Below, in pieces: positions 1 through 13,031 of a stretch of 64,000 bases of DNA. Source of the DNA: Octopus vulgaris (lineage: Eukaryota); NCBI GenBank assembly GCA_951406725.2, contig OX597821.1, forward strand, positions 111,662,001 through 111,726,000, written 5' to 3'. The position numbers and the translations under genes are program-made. Each line of letters opens with the position of its first letter. Positions within the stretch are counted from its first letter, which is position 1. Below the pieces are notes generated by a model, which was not told the DNA's origin, did not search any database, and saw only the letters and a program-made list of their open reading frames with translations.

Positions 1-330
1 AAAATGACACTGGGGTACAAATATACACGAGCCCAATATACCCCTCATGATTTCCCGACTGACACATGTATCACAACTTACATGTGCGCGACATGGTGAT
101 CTCATTTCACGATAATTAGCGCATGACCTTGCAGGTAGAGCCCAATCAGAATTTACTTCAGGTCGAGTTGCTCATCTCGCTCAAAAGAATCCTGAATAAG
201 AATTGTTTAACGACGATGAGCGAAACACCAATATTCCAAGAGATGAATTATTGAAACCTCAAAGAAGAATTCCTCTCAAAACATGGCTATGGTGCCCCCT
301 GCGCATGATCAGAGATGCATTAATATTATT
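1..330 (-). repeat. Diverged copy of interspersed repeat family T (probable non-LTR element 3' UTR), cut by window edge
   Basis: Aligns by eye with 13857-14056 and with the reverse complement of 49600-49937 (gacactggggt..., gcgcgacatggtgatctcat..., gcatgaccttgcaggt). Confidence 0.75.
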
Positions 331-538
331 TAGTATAGTGTACCTAGAATTCAATTACCTGAAATTTCATGAAATTTCATGGATTCTTACATCTTCAAGG
401 GCAATTTAGCTGTTATGTATTATCAGATCGAACGACCCTATACTGCTTTGCGTGCACTTCCGATGAATGTACAACCAAATATACTTTCAAAAAAGCATGC
501 AAGCACTCACAGACATAGATACACACAGACACACACAC

Positions 539-575
<37 letters not shown>

Positions 576-579
<4 letters not shown>

Positions 580-686
580 CGTGACCGACCAGGCTATCAG
601 ATGTTGCTACACATCGCTGGTCACAATGCGCTTCGCATTGTTTTAGCCTTCAAATGACGCCACCCCGCTGGCTAAGCGAGCAGGCC
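576..686. repeat. ~110-bp hairpin-rich interspersed repeat embedded in (TA)n
   Basis: Second copy is reverse-complemented at ~55400-55510; internal hairpins gaccag...ctggtc and acaatgcg-ctt-cgcattgt. Confidence 0.75.
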
Positions 687-703
687 TATATATATATATA
701 TAT

Positions 704-1290
704 AGGGAGAGTTTACAAAAGACGAAGACAGTTGGTGTACAAAATAAACAGATGTATTAGTACAACGTTCAGGAATAGAAAAAAGTCTTTTACGTTTCGA
801 GCCTACGCTCTTCTACAGAAAGGGACACAGAAAAAAACAAGGAGAGAAACAAGGAGAGAAAAAAAATGTGTGTAGTGGCTAACGATCTATCATAACGACT
901 GATTCACGCAGGCACACAATTGAAAGAACCATTCAAAACATTTAAATCTTTAAGGAGTATTCAAACTTCAAATATACTTAGATAACGCTCAGGAATAGAA
1001 AAGTCTTTTACGTTTCGAGCCTACGCTCTTCTACAGAAAGGGACACAGAAAAAAACAAGGAGAGAAACAAGGAGAGAAAAAAAAATGTGTGTAGTGGCTA
1101 ACGATCTATCATGGCGACTGATTCACGCAGGCACACAATTGGAAGAACCATTCAAAACATTTAAATCTTTAAGGAGTATTCAAACTTCAGATATACTTAG
1201 ATAACCAGTTGTAAAGATTTACCCACTGAAAAATTGCAAGTCTTGCCGTTCCAACGATAGTTTAAACTTTCCTTTACGATGTTTTACACG
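704..1290 (-). mobile_element. Penelope-like terminal repeat (family P1) with a tandem ~220-bp duplication, each unit carrying a hammerhead-like motif
   Basis: ~763-983 is repeated at ~984-1204; motif CTTT-CTGTAGA-A-GAGC-GTAG-GCTC-GAAA-CG-TA-AAAG on the minus strand at 787-822 and 1005-1040; same terminus recurs at 3595, 5240, 22799, 48757. Confidence 0.65.
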
Positions 1291-1354
1291 TGTGTAAAAT
1301 ACTGCTAGGGCTTTTTTTAAACAACGATGAAAGGAAAATACTGACCCCACTCCA

Positions 1355-1399
<45 letters not shown>

Positions 1400-1515
1400 C
1401 TATTTATCTTTCTCTCTCTTTCTCTCTCTCTCTCACCCTGTTCTGTCTACACGCAAACACAGAAAAGTAAAGATGCAAATACACAGGTATTTAAGTTTAT
1501 ATGAGCAGAGAGGCA

Positions 1516-1556
<41 letters not shown>

Positions 1557-1623
1557 ACATATACATATATACATATACATATATATACATATATATATAT
1601 TTATATATAAATATCTATATATA

Positions 1624-1656
<33 letters not shown>

Positions 1657-1658
1657 GC

Positions 1659-1743
<85 letters not shown>

Positions 1744-1897
1744 TATATATACATAAGTATATATACTTTAGCAAATGAATAAACATAGGGGAACGTATGC
1801 AGGCATCGATTCACACTTATACGTGTATCTCTCTCTCTCTCTCTCTCCCTCTCACTCTCTCTCACTCTCTCTCTATACACACACACATTCACACACG

Positions 1898-1941
<44 letters not shown>

Positions 1942-2513
1942 TTTATGTTTAACAGAAGGCCTAACAACGCAAACAGAAAATATCCAAGTTTCCCCATAAC
2001 ACATACACAAACTTTGCTCACCGTTGCAAATACAAATAAACCTTAGCAAGCCTCGTCAATTCTCGTCAAGCTTCGGCAAACTTCGGAGTGTAATAAAATC
2101 AATGGCGACCATAAAAGTATAAGATATTCTCATTAACGGAGCAGTTTTTTCATTTTCTGCTGGATTATTTTTATGGCAGCGAGATATTTTCATTGGTTTG
2201 TTTGATGGCAAGAAAAATTGGTCTACGAGTTTGTATGTTGAGAATGAGATCTTTAGTAAACATAACATTCTGAGGAATCTTGGTTAATGTGTGTTAATGA
2301 ATGTGTGAGATTGTGAACGTATGAGTGAATGGGTGTAGGTTACTGTATGTGTGTGTGTGCATGCGTGAGTGTGTGTGTGCGTGAGTGCGTGTGTGTCTGT
2401 GTGTTTGTGTGTGTTACTTGCATAGACGATAGACAGACAGATAGACTATTGATAAATAGATAGAAAAACATATGTGTATACACAATCATACTCACACACA
2501 CACACACACACAC

Positions 2514-2581
<68 letters not shown>

Positions 2582-2586
<5 letters not shown>

Positions 2587-3400
2587 GTGGTGAATAAATT
2601 GTCGTCTAAATTACACAAAAATAAAAATAACACTGACATCCAATTTTAAGAGATATATTTACCAAAATTACATAAAAAATATCTTGAAATATTAAAGAAT
2701 AAATTTATTTAATAAAATCGCCATTGGCTTCAACCATGGTCTCCAGACGACTTTGGAATCTCCAGCAGCTTTTCTGGACGATATCCTTGTTTAAGTTAGT
2801 GAATGCTGACACAACCCTTGCTTTCAGTACATCTTTGGTGTAACAAGGAGTTTTGTTAGTCTCTCGCTCAACTGCGCCCCACACATAATAATCAAGAGGA
2901 TATCTGATCAGAGAAATTGTCTGAAAGCCATGATTGGGTTCTCCTGCCTGTATGGCATGGTGCAGAGTCATGTTGCCAGACATAGGGTATTCCAGTAGCC
3001 ACCCTCTTCACCCCGGGCAGCACTACCTCCTCCAGGCACTTGGTGTAAGTCTCCATGTTGAGTCTGAGGCCATGTGGTAAAATGAATGGAGGCATAGCAT
3101 AGCCATCACTAGTGGTAACTCCAAACACTCTGATGTTGACTGGATGTTTCAGCTTTATCACTCTCAGTACATGTCCTCAGATTGACATGTAAACACTCTG
3201 AAACGATCGTATTGGAGCTTCCGGCGCGAATGCCAAGTAGTACAGCACGTCGTTCCCAAATTTCTGGAAGAGTGAATTGCATCATGCTGCTGTTTTTTTC
3301 TCCCAGACGGCGCCCAACTGATCTTAATATACTGTGTAGTCGATAGAATCAAAAACAAATAATGTGCATGCGCGAAATTAGAAATATAAAATGACGATTC
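2582..3400 (-). mobile_element. Internally deleted Tc1/mariner-superfamily transposon (maT/DD37D-like), transposase C-terminal half
   Basis: ORFs 2892-3161 and 2705-2983: KHP..VFGV.TSDG, WQHDSAPCH, PLDYYVWG, LKARV..AF, RLE.MVEANGD; TIR-like end agggtgtggtgaataaattgtcgtc abutting (TA)n; frameshifted. Confidence 0.85.
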
Positions 3401-3517
3401 ACTTTCGCAAGCTCATTGGACTGGGGCAACATCCTCCATGTTGCAGTGCCTAGTTTATATTGAATCGTTGTAACTAATATGTGTGCGCGTATGTGTGTAT
3501 GTCTGTATGTATGTGTT

Positions 3518-3569
<52 letters not shown>

Positions 3570-3594
3570 TACATATATGTATATTATATATATA

Positions 3595-3819
3595 GGGAGA
3601 GTTTACGAAAAAAAAAACAAAAGACGAAGACAGGTGGTGTACAAAACAAACAGATGTATTAGTATAATGCTCTGGAATAGAAAAAGTCTTTTACGTTTCG
3701 AGCCTACGCTCTTCTATAGAAAGGGACACAGAAAAAAACAAGGAGAGAAACAAGGAGAAAAAAAGGAGAGAAATTTAGGAGAGAGAAAAATGTGTGTAGT
3801 GGCTAACATCTATCATGGC
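3595..3819 (-). mobile_element. Penelope-like terminal repeat P1 copy
   Basis: Near-identical to 704-895; flanked by (TA)n; hammerhead core mutated (CTATAGA) at 3688-3723. Confidence 0.7.
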
Positions 3820-3963
3820 ATATATATATATACATATACATATATGTATATATGTGTGTATATATATGCACACACACACACACACACACACACGAGGTGT
3901 TTGTATCTAGAAGACCCAAACAGTGGATCTCAAATATTTACCTCTATTTAACCATCTCACATC

Positions 3964-4011
3964 GTCTCTGATAAAGGGATATCCATAATATCACAGAAAC
4001 AGCTGTAAGAC
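3964..4011 (+). ncRNA. Degenerate type I hammerhead ribozyme motif (G8A)
   Basis: GTCT-CTGATAA-...-GAAA-CAGCTG-TA-AGAC; stem I GTCT/AGAC, palindromic stem III. Confidence 0.55.
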
Positions 4012-4128
4012 TATATATCTCATAAATCTCCTGAAAACTCCTCACAGCCTTAGCTTTGTTATCTCAATTTTGTCTAATATATACATACATATACATACAT
4101 ACATACATACATACATACATACATACAA

Positions 4129-4209
<81 letters not shown>

Positions 4210-4213
<4 letters not shown>

Positions 4214-5240
4214 GTAGTCCATTAGCAATTAAAACCTGCAGGTAATATGCTTAAGCCTAGGCGCAGTAAGATACACTGACGAGAACTAAGATCAGTGTTC
4301 GAAATCACGTGATATGGATATATCTGCTTCTTCACTTGTGAGCCTTTTATCACTACGGTACGTAGCTTTCTCGCTCCCTCCCTCTCTTTCGACACCTTAT
4401 TAAGCTAAGTGCTTTTTGTGGCTAATTGAGTCGTTGTTTTACTCTTGTTTCTAGCAATGTTGGTACTATTTTGTACCCACTGTCCGTGTTCGGATTGCCC
4501 TTGCTCAAGGGCAATCAGGACTCCCTTTGCGCCGTGAACAGGGATTAATCGTCTCTCTTCGCTTCTTTGCGCCACATGGGCTCAACTCTCCTCCCCTCGC
4601 CTCTCTCCCCCTCACACCTACTTCCTCCCACCCACCTCTCCTCTCTTGCTCCGACTCCTACTTCTTTTCTTGACTCTTACTCTCCTTCTCTCTTCTCTTC
4701 ACTCCTACCCACTTTCTCCTTCCCTCCTTCATCGTCAAACCTCCATCGTAAGCCCACCCCACCGCCACACATTCCACCTTCCCTATCCTTCTCCATCCCA
4801 CCCCATCCCATACCTTACACCCACTTCCATATACCCCACTTCTACCCACACTCCCAGCGTAACCCACACCCCACCCTTGCTCTCCCCATTCTCGCCTCCC
4901 CCGCTCCCCGTCTCCCCACCCCCTAACACCATCACACCACGCCACACACCACTACACCATACACCACCATGCCACACAACACATATCTCAACACACCACC
5001 ACGCACACACCAGCACTGACCACTTCCCAGAACCACATATTCACACCTACACATACACACACACACACGTCAAGATCACCAGCCCTCTTCCACTCGCACA
5101 TATAAACTCTCTTATACACACGCACGCACGCACACCGTCCTTTTGGGATCACCACTACTTTATTATCTCCCCTTCTAATACATCTATTTGTTGTCTACAC
5201 CACCTGTCTTCGTCTTTTGTTTTTTGTGAATTCTCCCTAA
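4210..5240 (+). mobile_element. Probable Penelope-like remnant (hammerhead near the left end, P1 terminus at the right end, C-rich interior)
   Basis: 5175-5240 is the reverse complement of the P1 terminus (ctacaccacctgtcttcgtcttttg...ttctcccta); bounded by microsatellites; may be two fused fragments. Confidence 0.45.
4271..4319 (+). ncRNA. Type I hammerhead ribozyme, canonical core
   Basis: ATACA-CTGACGA-GAAC(10 nt)GTTC-GAAA-TCACGTGA-TA-TGGAT; stem II 4 bp, stem III palindrome ATCACGTGAT, stem I 4/5 paired. Confidence 0.75.
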
Positions 5241-6718
5241 ATACACACACTCACACACACTCACACACACACACACACACCTATAGGTCGATCTATCTAC
5301 GGTAGATCAGCCAACAGGTTGACCGACTTATCTGCATGACGGCTGAAACTTGAACGTGGGTTTTTAGTTCTGCGTGGGACCTACAGTCTTTTGCGCAGAC
5401 GAGGAAATGATGGGAGGCTTGATAGCACCGTCTCGTTCTTGAATGTCTTTAATAGAACTTAATTCTGTTCAAAATTCTTCTTGTCTGAAGATATCTTCCT
5501 TCTTTCTTCAAATCAATCTCAAAGACACCTGAAAAAGGAAGGGGCCGAGTGTAAAAAAACAACAACAAAACAAAGCAAAAAAAAAACAGTTTCTTTTTTA
5601 TATTTCTTTGGAGTTTACCATTCCTTGTAATATTCTTAAAATTATTTTTTCGCTCTTTGTACTTTTGCTTCTTTCTTCAAATCTCTTATAATAATTTCTT
5701 AACACTCTTTTATATTAACCGTTTTTTAAATTCTTTAACCCATTCATAAATTCTTCATTTCATTCTTTTCTTAAATTCTTTAGTCACTACTTTTGTCAAA
5801 TTTTTCTTTCTTTAATTTTTGTTTCTTATTTTGGCTCAGCTTCATTTCTGTCTCTCCTTCCTCTTCTCTTTTTCTCCACAATTATTTCCTTATTTCTTCT
5901 TCTTGAACTACACCTTGGTATATTTCTTCGCGTCTCTATTCGTTTCTTTCCATTTTGTTTCTCCTCAATTACTTTTCATTCACATTATCTTTCTTCTCTT
6001 ACTCAACCTTCATTTTCTATAGTTGCCATTCTTTCCTTCCTTCTTTCTTTCTTCCCTCCTTCTTTTCTTCCTTTTTTTTATGTTCCACCCATTCTGTTTT
6101 TCTTTTTGGAATTCTTTAATAATTTCATCACTTCTCTCTTCCCTATCTATTTTTTCTATCATAATTGTTAGATAAATCTTTGCACACAAATGAAGTGTAC
6201 ACGTGGCAGATGCTTCTTGTCTGCTGCTACTGCTGCTGCTGTTGCTGTTGTTCTTGTTGTTCATGTTGCTGATGGTGGTGGTGGTGATAGTGCCGCCACC
6301 GTCTGGCGAGTTCTCTTTGTTACTGTCAGCCAGAAATAAATTTCCCTTCACAGCCCAACTTTAGCATTTATTAAACATCACTGCAAAAGAGCGCGTGCTT
6401 ATATTTCCTCCATTACGTCGCACAGTTCTCCGAGTCTCGCAGCAAGAAGCATTCGCTTCCGAACCACAAATACGGCAAGGAAGGTGGAGATGAACGAAAA
6501 TAGTTAGGTTAGACAGACGGTTCCAACGAAATGGCACTAATGCCAGCTAGAACAAAAACGTTTCTTTTAAGAAGAAATTTTACCGGAAGTGCTACAGAGG
6601 AAAACACTGCCTACTCACTTTTTAACAATAGCATCAAACCTGAGAATTTTTTTCTTCTCTAGAATAAATTAAACAAAACAACAACAATAACAACAACGAC
6701 AGCAGCAACAACAACAAT

Positions 6719-6750
<32 letters not shown>

Positions 6751-7127
6751 CTATTACAACAATAACAACAACAGCAGCAGCAGCAACAACAACAGCAGCA
6801 AAATTGTTTTGTGCTATTTATATATATTTCACATATTGAAAGAAAATGGAGACTGTGGGGAGGAGAGGGGTTCTCCGTTAGTCTCAATGATGAACATTTA
6901 GGTTTTTCGACCACTTGATTTCATATTTATGAAATCATTGTTTGAGTGGTTGAGTATTTCGCAAGCATGCTTATCTTAAATGCACTTTTCAGGTAGAATC
7001 AGCCTGAGTCAATGTGATGAGGCAGGGTTATTAAATTATGGGAACAACCCAGAAAGAAAAAAAAAGAAAGAATGAAAGAAAGAAAGATAGATAGACAGTA
7101 AGACAAAGATAGATAGACAGACAGACC

Positions 7128-7230
<103 letters not shown>

Positions 7231-7255
7231 GGACAGAAAGACAGGTAGATATGTA

Positions 7256-8905
7256 TCTTTATTGGTCACACAGGGCTGAACACAGAGGGGACAAAATACA
7301 TAGTAGAACTTTCCTTTTGGGGAAGAGAAGAAGGAAAAAAAAGAAAACGAAGAAAAGATGGAGGGGTAGAAATTCGATTAAAAGGAATCGTTAAAAAAAG
7401 GCCGATCAATAGGGATCATCTATAACAGAAATGTCATAGTGTAAAAAGGGAAATAGATTAGGTTTATCTGTGGAAAGAAAAGCCTACGGAAAAGACCACG
7501 GTAACCACGGAGGCAGTAATGTCATGCAAGGAAACGCATTACAGTAAGTTACTCTTCTTTCCCTTCTTTTTTGGGGTTCATAGGATTATGCTCAGGGTGG
7601 CTCTGTCATTCACACGTGCCATCCTTGCTACATTCACCCATCATTTTTTGAAACATTCACTAGACAAAACTTCCCTCTCTACTCTCACCTTCCTCTTCAA
7701 GTAATACTTGAAGAAGTTGATGAGAGATTGACCAGAGAGGAAAGTGTTTGTCTCTAGATCTTTCAGACGCGTCCACCATAGACATTCTTTCGCCATAGCC
7801 ACAAGTACGATGAAAATGGCTCTTCCTTCCCGTTTCAAGGAAGAAGGCGCGACAATAGACTCGGTTTGATAAACCGACTCGTCCCCCACGTGACAACAGC
7901 CGTTCGACTTAGGCTCACAGGTCGGAAATGGTTGGACACTGTACGAGTGCGTGCAGGACAGTTTCGTCGCTCTGGCCGCATCTCGGACAGGTCGGCCCCG
8001 TGTTTCTCGAGCCATGCCTGTAGAGCTTATCCCGAACGGGTAGAGCTTCTCGATAGCACTACCAGACCAGACCAGGGATCTCTGGAAGTTGTCCATAGGT
8101 CCCGGCCCGAAAGTCGTATTGAACATGCGGGTCAGATATTTCTCATCGATGCCCAGGTTCGCCCCGAGATCGTCGTCGTACCTCCCCTCCACTAATCCCC
8201 TTTAGAATGCTTTGGTTGTGTTGAAGTCGCTCAAGAGGACAGCATAGTTGCTCGACCCAGGACGGCATGGTTGTTTGAGAGCAACGCAACACTCGCGGTG
8301 CCATTCGCCCTTCCTCTGCCTCTTTTTGATCTACGACTGCAGTTCGGTCATGGAGACGAGCTGTGGGAAAGCGTGCCTCACAAACGGCGACCACAGCTGT
8401 TCACCGTCGTCTACGTAGGGCCGGAGATATCGCAGTCTCAGCGCGTGTCTGCGCATCATCACCCACGGCATACCCAACCCTCCTTTTAACGGATGTTGGC
8501 AGCAAACGGATCGCCTGACCATCGGAACGCATCCTTTCCACAAGAAGCGCAAGAGAATGCGTTCTAGTTTGGTGATGGTAGAGTCGGGACAAGGCACGAC
8601 GATCAGGCGGCAGTAGATGACGGACGCGATGTACATGTTCGCCACCTCCGTCCGACCTTTTAGGGACGGCTTCCTCTCGGCCCATTGCCGGGCGAGAGTG
8701 ACCACCCTACTCGTTATCTCGTTCCAGTTCTCCGTTTAGAGGTCCGTACCAAACCAGACTCCGAACAACTCGACCGGAACGTCGGTCCAGCGTCCCACGA
8801 CGGAGGCGCTAGTGGACAGCATGGACTTGCTTCTCCCACTGACTTTTCCCGGTTGATTTTCGCTCCTGTTACCGCTTCGTAGTCTTTCAGTGTCTCGCCA
8901 ACATT
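7256..8905 (-). mobile_element. 5'-truncated L1/Tx1-clade LINE: degenerate ORF2 C-terminal half plus 3' UTR
   Basis: YEAVTGAKINREKS, W..RKPSLKGR..VANMYIAS, RFLWKG....VRR......P..GGLGMP, AMAKECLWWTR; GC-rich; multiple frameshifts; ends ...gaccaataaaga. Confidence 0.9.
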
Positions 8906-8983
8906 TATGTGCAACAGAAGGACAACATTTATGCCAATCGTGTTCACTTAATAAGCTGTAATTTCTCTCTATCTCTCCCTCCC

Positions 8984-9160
<177 letters not shown>

Positions 9161-9314
9161 CTTTCTATCTATCTATCTGTCTACCTATCTATCTCATTAT
9201 CTATCTATCAATCTATCTATCTGTATCTTTCTATCTAACTAACTCTCGCTCCTTCCATTTGTATGTGTATATTCTGCGCGCCTCCTGTGTGTGTGTGAGT
9301 GTGTGTGTGTGTGA

Positions 9315-9356
<42 letters not shown>

Positions 9357-10130
9357 AAGAAAGAAAGAAAGAAAGACAGATACCCCCAGCTCCTAAAACT
9401 ACTGTGGCCAAAACAGACTGAATGTCCAGTTAATCCTGCAAAATCCTCAGCGTCAAAACCCCACTTCACCCAGTCCTCTTATTCCAGTTCGAACAGGACC
9501 TCACTGTTATTTCCAGTGGGTCAATCGGCTACCAAAAGGCTCTCTCCTCAGTTCAGTTGTGTGGGTGTCGACACATATTGTTCACGTTAAAAGTTAGTTT
9601 ATGCGCTAAATTACTTTATAATGAACATATGGCAAATTCTTAAATATTTTATAAGCATAGAAACATGCTAAGTATGTATGTATTAGCGCATATTTTAAAA
9701 TAATACAGTTGTGCATATGTAATTACGTATATGTTATAAAAGCTAATGCTGGTGAATTACGGTTGAATCTGGTTTAGTTGCGGTGGAGGGAAGAGCGAGA
9801 GCATGGAGATATTGGTAGTGGAAAAGCGGTGGAGGTTTCGAGTGGTTCGTAAAGGTTTGTCATTAGCTGGGTGGCTGTTTTTGCGGGTATGAAGAGGGTA
9901 ATACATCATCATTATTAGATGACTGTTTGGGAGGGTTGTGTCATGTATAAGTAATGTTCCATGCGGATATATACGGATGTGTGCAAGTATGTGTGTGTGT
10001 ATGTGCGTGTTTGTTTTTGTGCATGCGTTCATAGGAACATATGTAAATGTACGAAGATTCAGATATATGCAAATACATACATACATACATACACACACAC
10101 ACATACACACACACACGCACACACATACAC

Positions 10131-10189
<59 letters not shown>

Positions 10190-10233
10190 AACATAGGGAT
10201 ATATGTATATATACATGGGTATATCTGAGTAAG

Positions 10234-10292
<59 letters not shown>

Positions 10293-10299
10293 ACTGTCG

Positions 10300-10335
<36 letters not shown>

Positions 10336-10401
10336 GTCTGTCTGTCTCTCAATTCGTTTATCTATTTTTGTATTTACACTCACGCACGCACACACGCGTA
10401 C

Positions 10402-10460
<59 letters not shown>

Positions 10461-11001
10461 CGTATACATGCATGATCATGTTATCATCTAAAGGATCGCA
10501 AATAGAGCAATGACGATGTAAATTTTTAGCTTCGACCAAATGAATTCCATTACACACACACACACACACACACTCACACACACTCACACACTCTCACACA
10601 CACACACACACACAAACACACATACGCACTCACACATGCATGATTACATATGTTCGTGATGGGGGCATTAGAAGTCATTCACATATTTCTGCACAGATAT
10701 AATTAAGATGTTACTTCGTGTGGGTGTAGTTACACAACAAGATGGCGTCCATTTATACACGTTAATGGACATGATGCGCGTGCGCGTGTACTTACGTATT
10801 CAGACTATGTTCACATGTTTGCATGTCATTCAGTAAAGGCGTGATGTTGTGTTATGTGGTGGAAATATATTCACGCATTCTTGTATACGTTACACTGTAG
10901 AGGTGTGCGCGTTTATGTATATCCGTGTATGTAGTTAAGTATTTATATATATACATATATACATAAAATCATGTATGTATACACTTGAATATATATATAT
11001 G

Positions 11002-11077
<76 letters not shown>

Positions 11078-11126
11078 TGTTTGTGTGTGTGTGTATGTAT
11101 GTATATAAATATATATATATATATAT

Positions 11127-11281
11127 CAGTCGCCATGATAGATCGTTAGCCACTACACACATTTTTTTTCTCTCGTTTTTTCTGTGTCCTTTTCTGTAGA
11201 AGAACGTAGGCTCGAAACGTAAATGATTTTTCTATTCCTGAGTGTTATAATAATACATCTGTTTGTTTTGTACACCTTCCT
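11127..11281 (+). mobile_element. Penelope-like terminal repeat P1 copy
   Basis: Reverse complement of 730-905; ctgtagaagaacgtaggctcgaaacgta; within (TA)n. Confidence 0.7.
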
Positions 11282-11333
<52 letters not shown>

Positions 11334-11549
11334 CATGTATGTATATATATATATACATGTTTTAGTGCTACATCCTATCCTTCAGGCGACAAGTATTTTG
11401 AATGGCAGAACTAGGTTGTGACACATACACACACACACACACATACCCACACACACATTTATAGACATACATATATATACGTATTGTGAATGTACCAGTG
11501 TGTATATAGACATTTATATATATATGCATGTGTTTGTGTGTGTGTGTGT

Positions 11550-11606
<57 letters not shown>

Positions 11607-12475
11607 TGATTGTAAATAGTGTTAGCATAGTTTCCTGTGTATCTGCATACATATACGTATTTCTATGCTAATGTTTATACGTTGATGTACTCACATGTTT
11701 GTGTGTTTGTGTATAGATACACTCACATGCACACAAATATATACGTGTGTGTGTGTTTGCATAATTGCATGCATACATATATTAACGAACCGCTGTTGTT
11801 ATTATTAAACGCATTCGTTTCTCATAGATGTGGCTGCGAATGTTTTACCGTGTGTCGTGTAGCGCCAGTCTTATGTTAAATGAGTGGAACTTTGATATGT
11901 CCGTATAAAACGCTTTCTATCATTTAATTTCGTTTAATCTGAGTTTTGCTTTCATTTCAAGTCCAGATGGGCTTGAGTTTAGTGCCATTAACTTCGTCAT
12001 CAATATAACAAATACCTGTAAAATAGTGGTATTGATTATATGGACTTTGAATAGCTTCTTCCTAGTAAAAATGGGCCTTTAGTCAAGCGAGGGAGTGGAA
12101 GTGCGTGGGAGGAAGATTAATAGATGGAGAGAGAAAGAAAGAGAGAAAGTGAGAGAGAGGGGTGAGCGAAATGCGGGGATGGAGTATGAGTAAGAGAAAT
12201 AGAGGAGGAGTGTCTAATGAGAGAAAGAGTGAGAAATGATTGGGAAGAAAGACAGTGATTGGATGAGAGAGGCAAACAGCTGAGGAAATGTGTGTGTGTG
12301 AGAGAGAGAGGGAGAGGGAGAAGAAGGGAAGAGAAAGATAGAGGGAGGAGAAGGAAGAGAGAACTGAAATGCGTGTGAGTCTAGTAAGCGAGGAAAGAGA
12401 AACTGTCGTAAGGGGATGAGTGGCAGCGAGTCAAAAAGACAGAGAGGGAGGTAAAACTGAGAGAATGTGCAAAGG

Positions 12476-12521
<46 letters not shown>

Positions 12522-12554
12522 ATATATACAGTGAATGTATAAAGATAGGCGCAA

Positions 12555-12682
12555 GTCCGCCGAGGTGGACTTTGCCTTTCATCCTTTTAGGGTCGATAAA
12601 TTAAGTACCAGTTGCATACGGAGTCGATCTAATCAACTGGACCCGTACCCCAAAATTCCGGGCCTTGTGCTTAGAGTAGAAA
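12555..12682 (+). mobile_element. SINE family S3 fragment
   Basis: Core ccgaggtggactttgcctttcatcctt...gtcgataaattaagtaccagttg shared with many copies. Confidence 0.75.
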
Positions 12683-12735
12683 AAAAAACAAAAAAAGATA
12701 GATACAAGTAGGTAAAATTTACATGTCGTATATAA

Positions 12736-12770
<35 letters not shown>

Positions 12771-12814
12771 TGTATGTATGTATGTATGTATGTATGTATG
12801 TATGTATGTATGTA

Positions 12815-13030
12815 TATTCTTTTATTCTTTTGTTTGTTTCAGTCATTTGACTGCAGCCATACTGGAGTACCGCCTTTAGTCGAACAAATCAATCCCAGCA
12901 CTTATTCTTTGTAAACCTAGTACTTATTTATCCGTCTCCATTGCCGAACCGCTATGTTACGGGGGACGTAAACACACTAGCATCGATTGTCAAGCGATTT
13001 GGGGGAGGGGAGCAAACACAGTCACGCAAA
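12815..13030 (-). mobile_element. SINE family S1, 3' half
   Basis: gtttcagtcatttgactgc...ccgaaccgcta..ttacggggacgtaaacac, reverse complement of the 3' half at 23210-23414. Confidence 0.8.
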
Positions 13031-13031
13031 C

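Noticed and set aside
4567-5305. Pro/His-rich ORFs
   Set aside because: C-rich low-complexity sequence inside a probable repeat.
7866-8195. Plus-strand GC-rich ORFs
   Set aside because: Antisense shadows of the minus-strand LINE ORF2.
10738-10749. YY1-like motif CAAGATGGCGTC
   Set aside because: Single short motif with no supporting promoter evidence.
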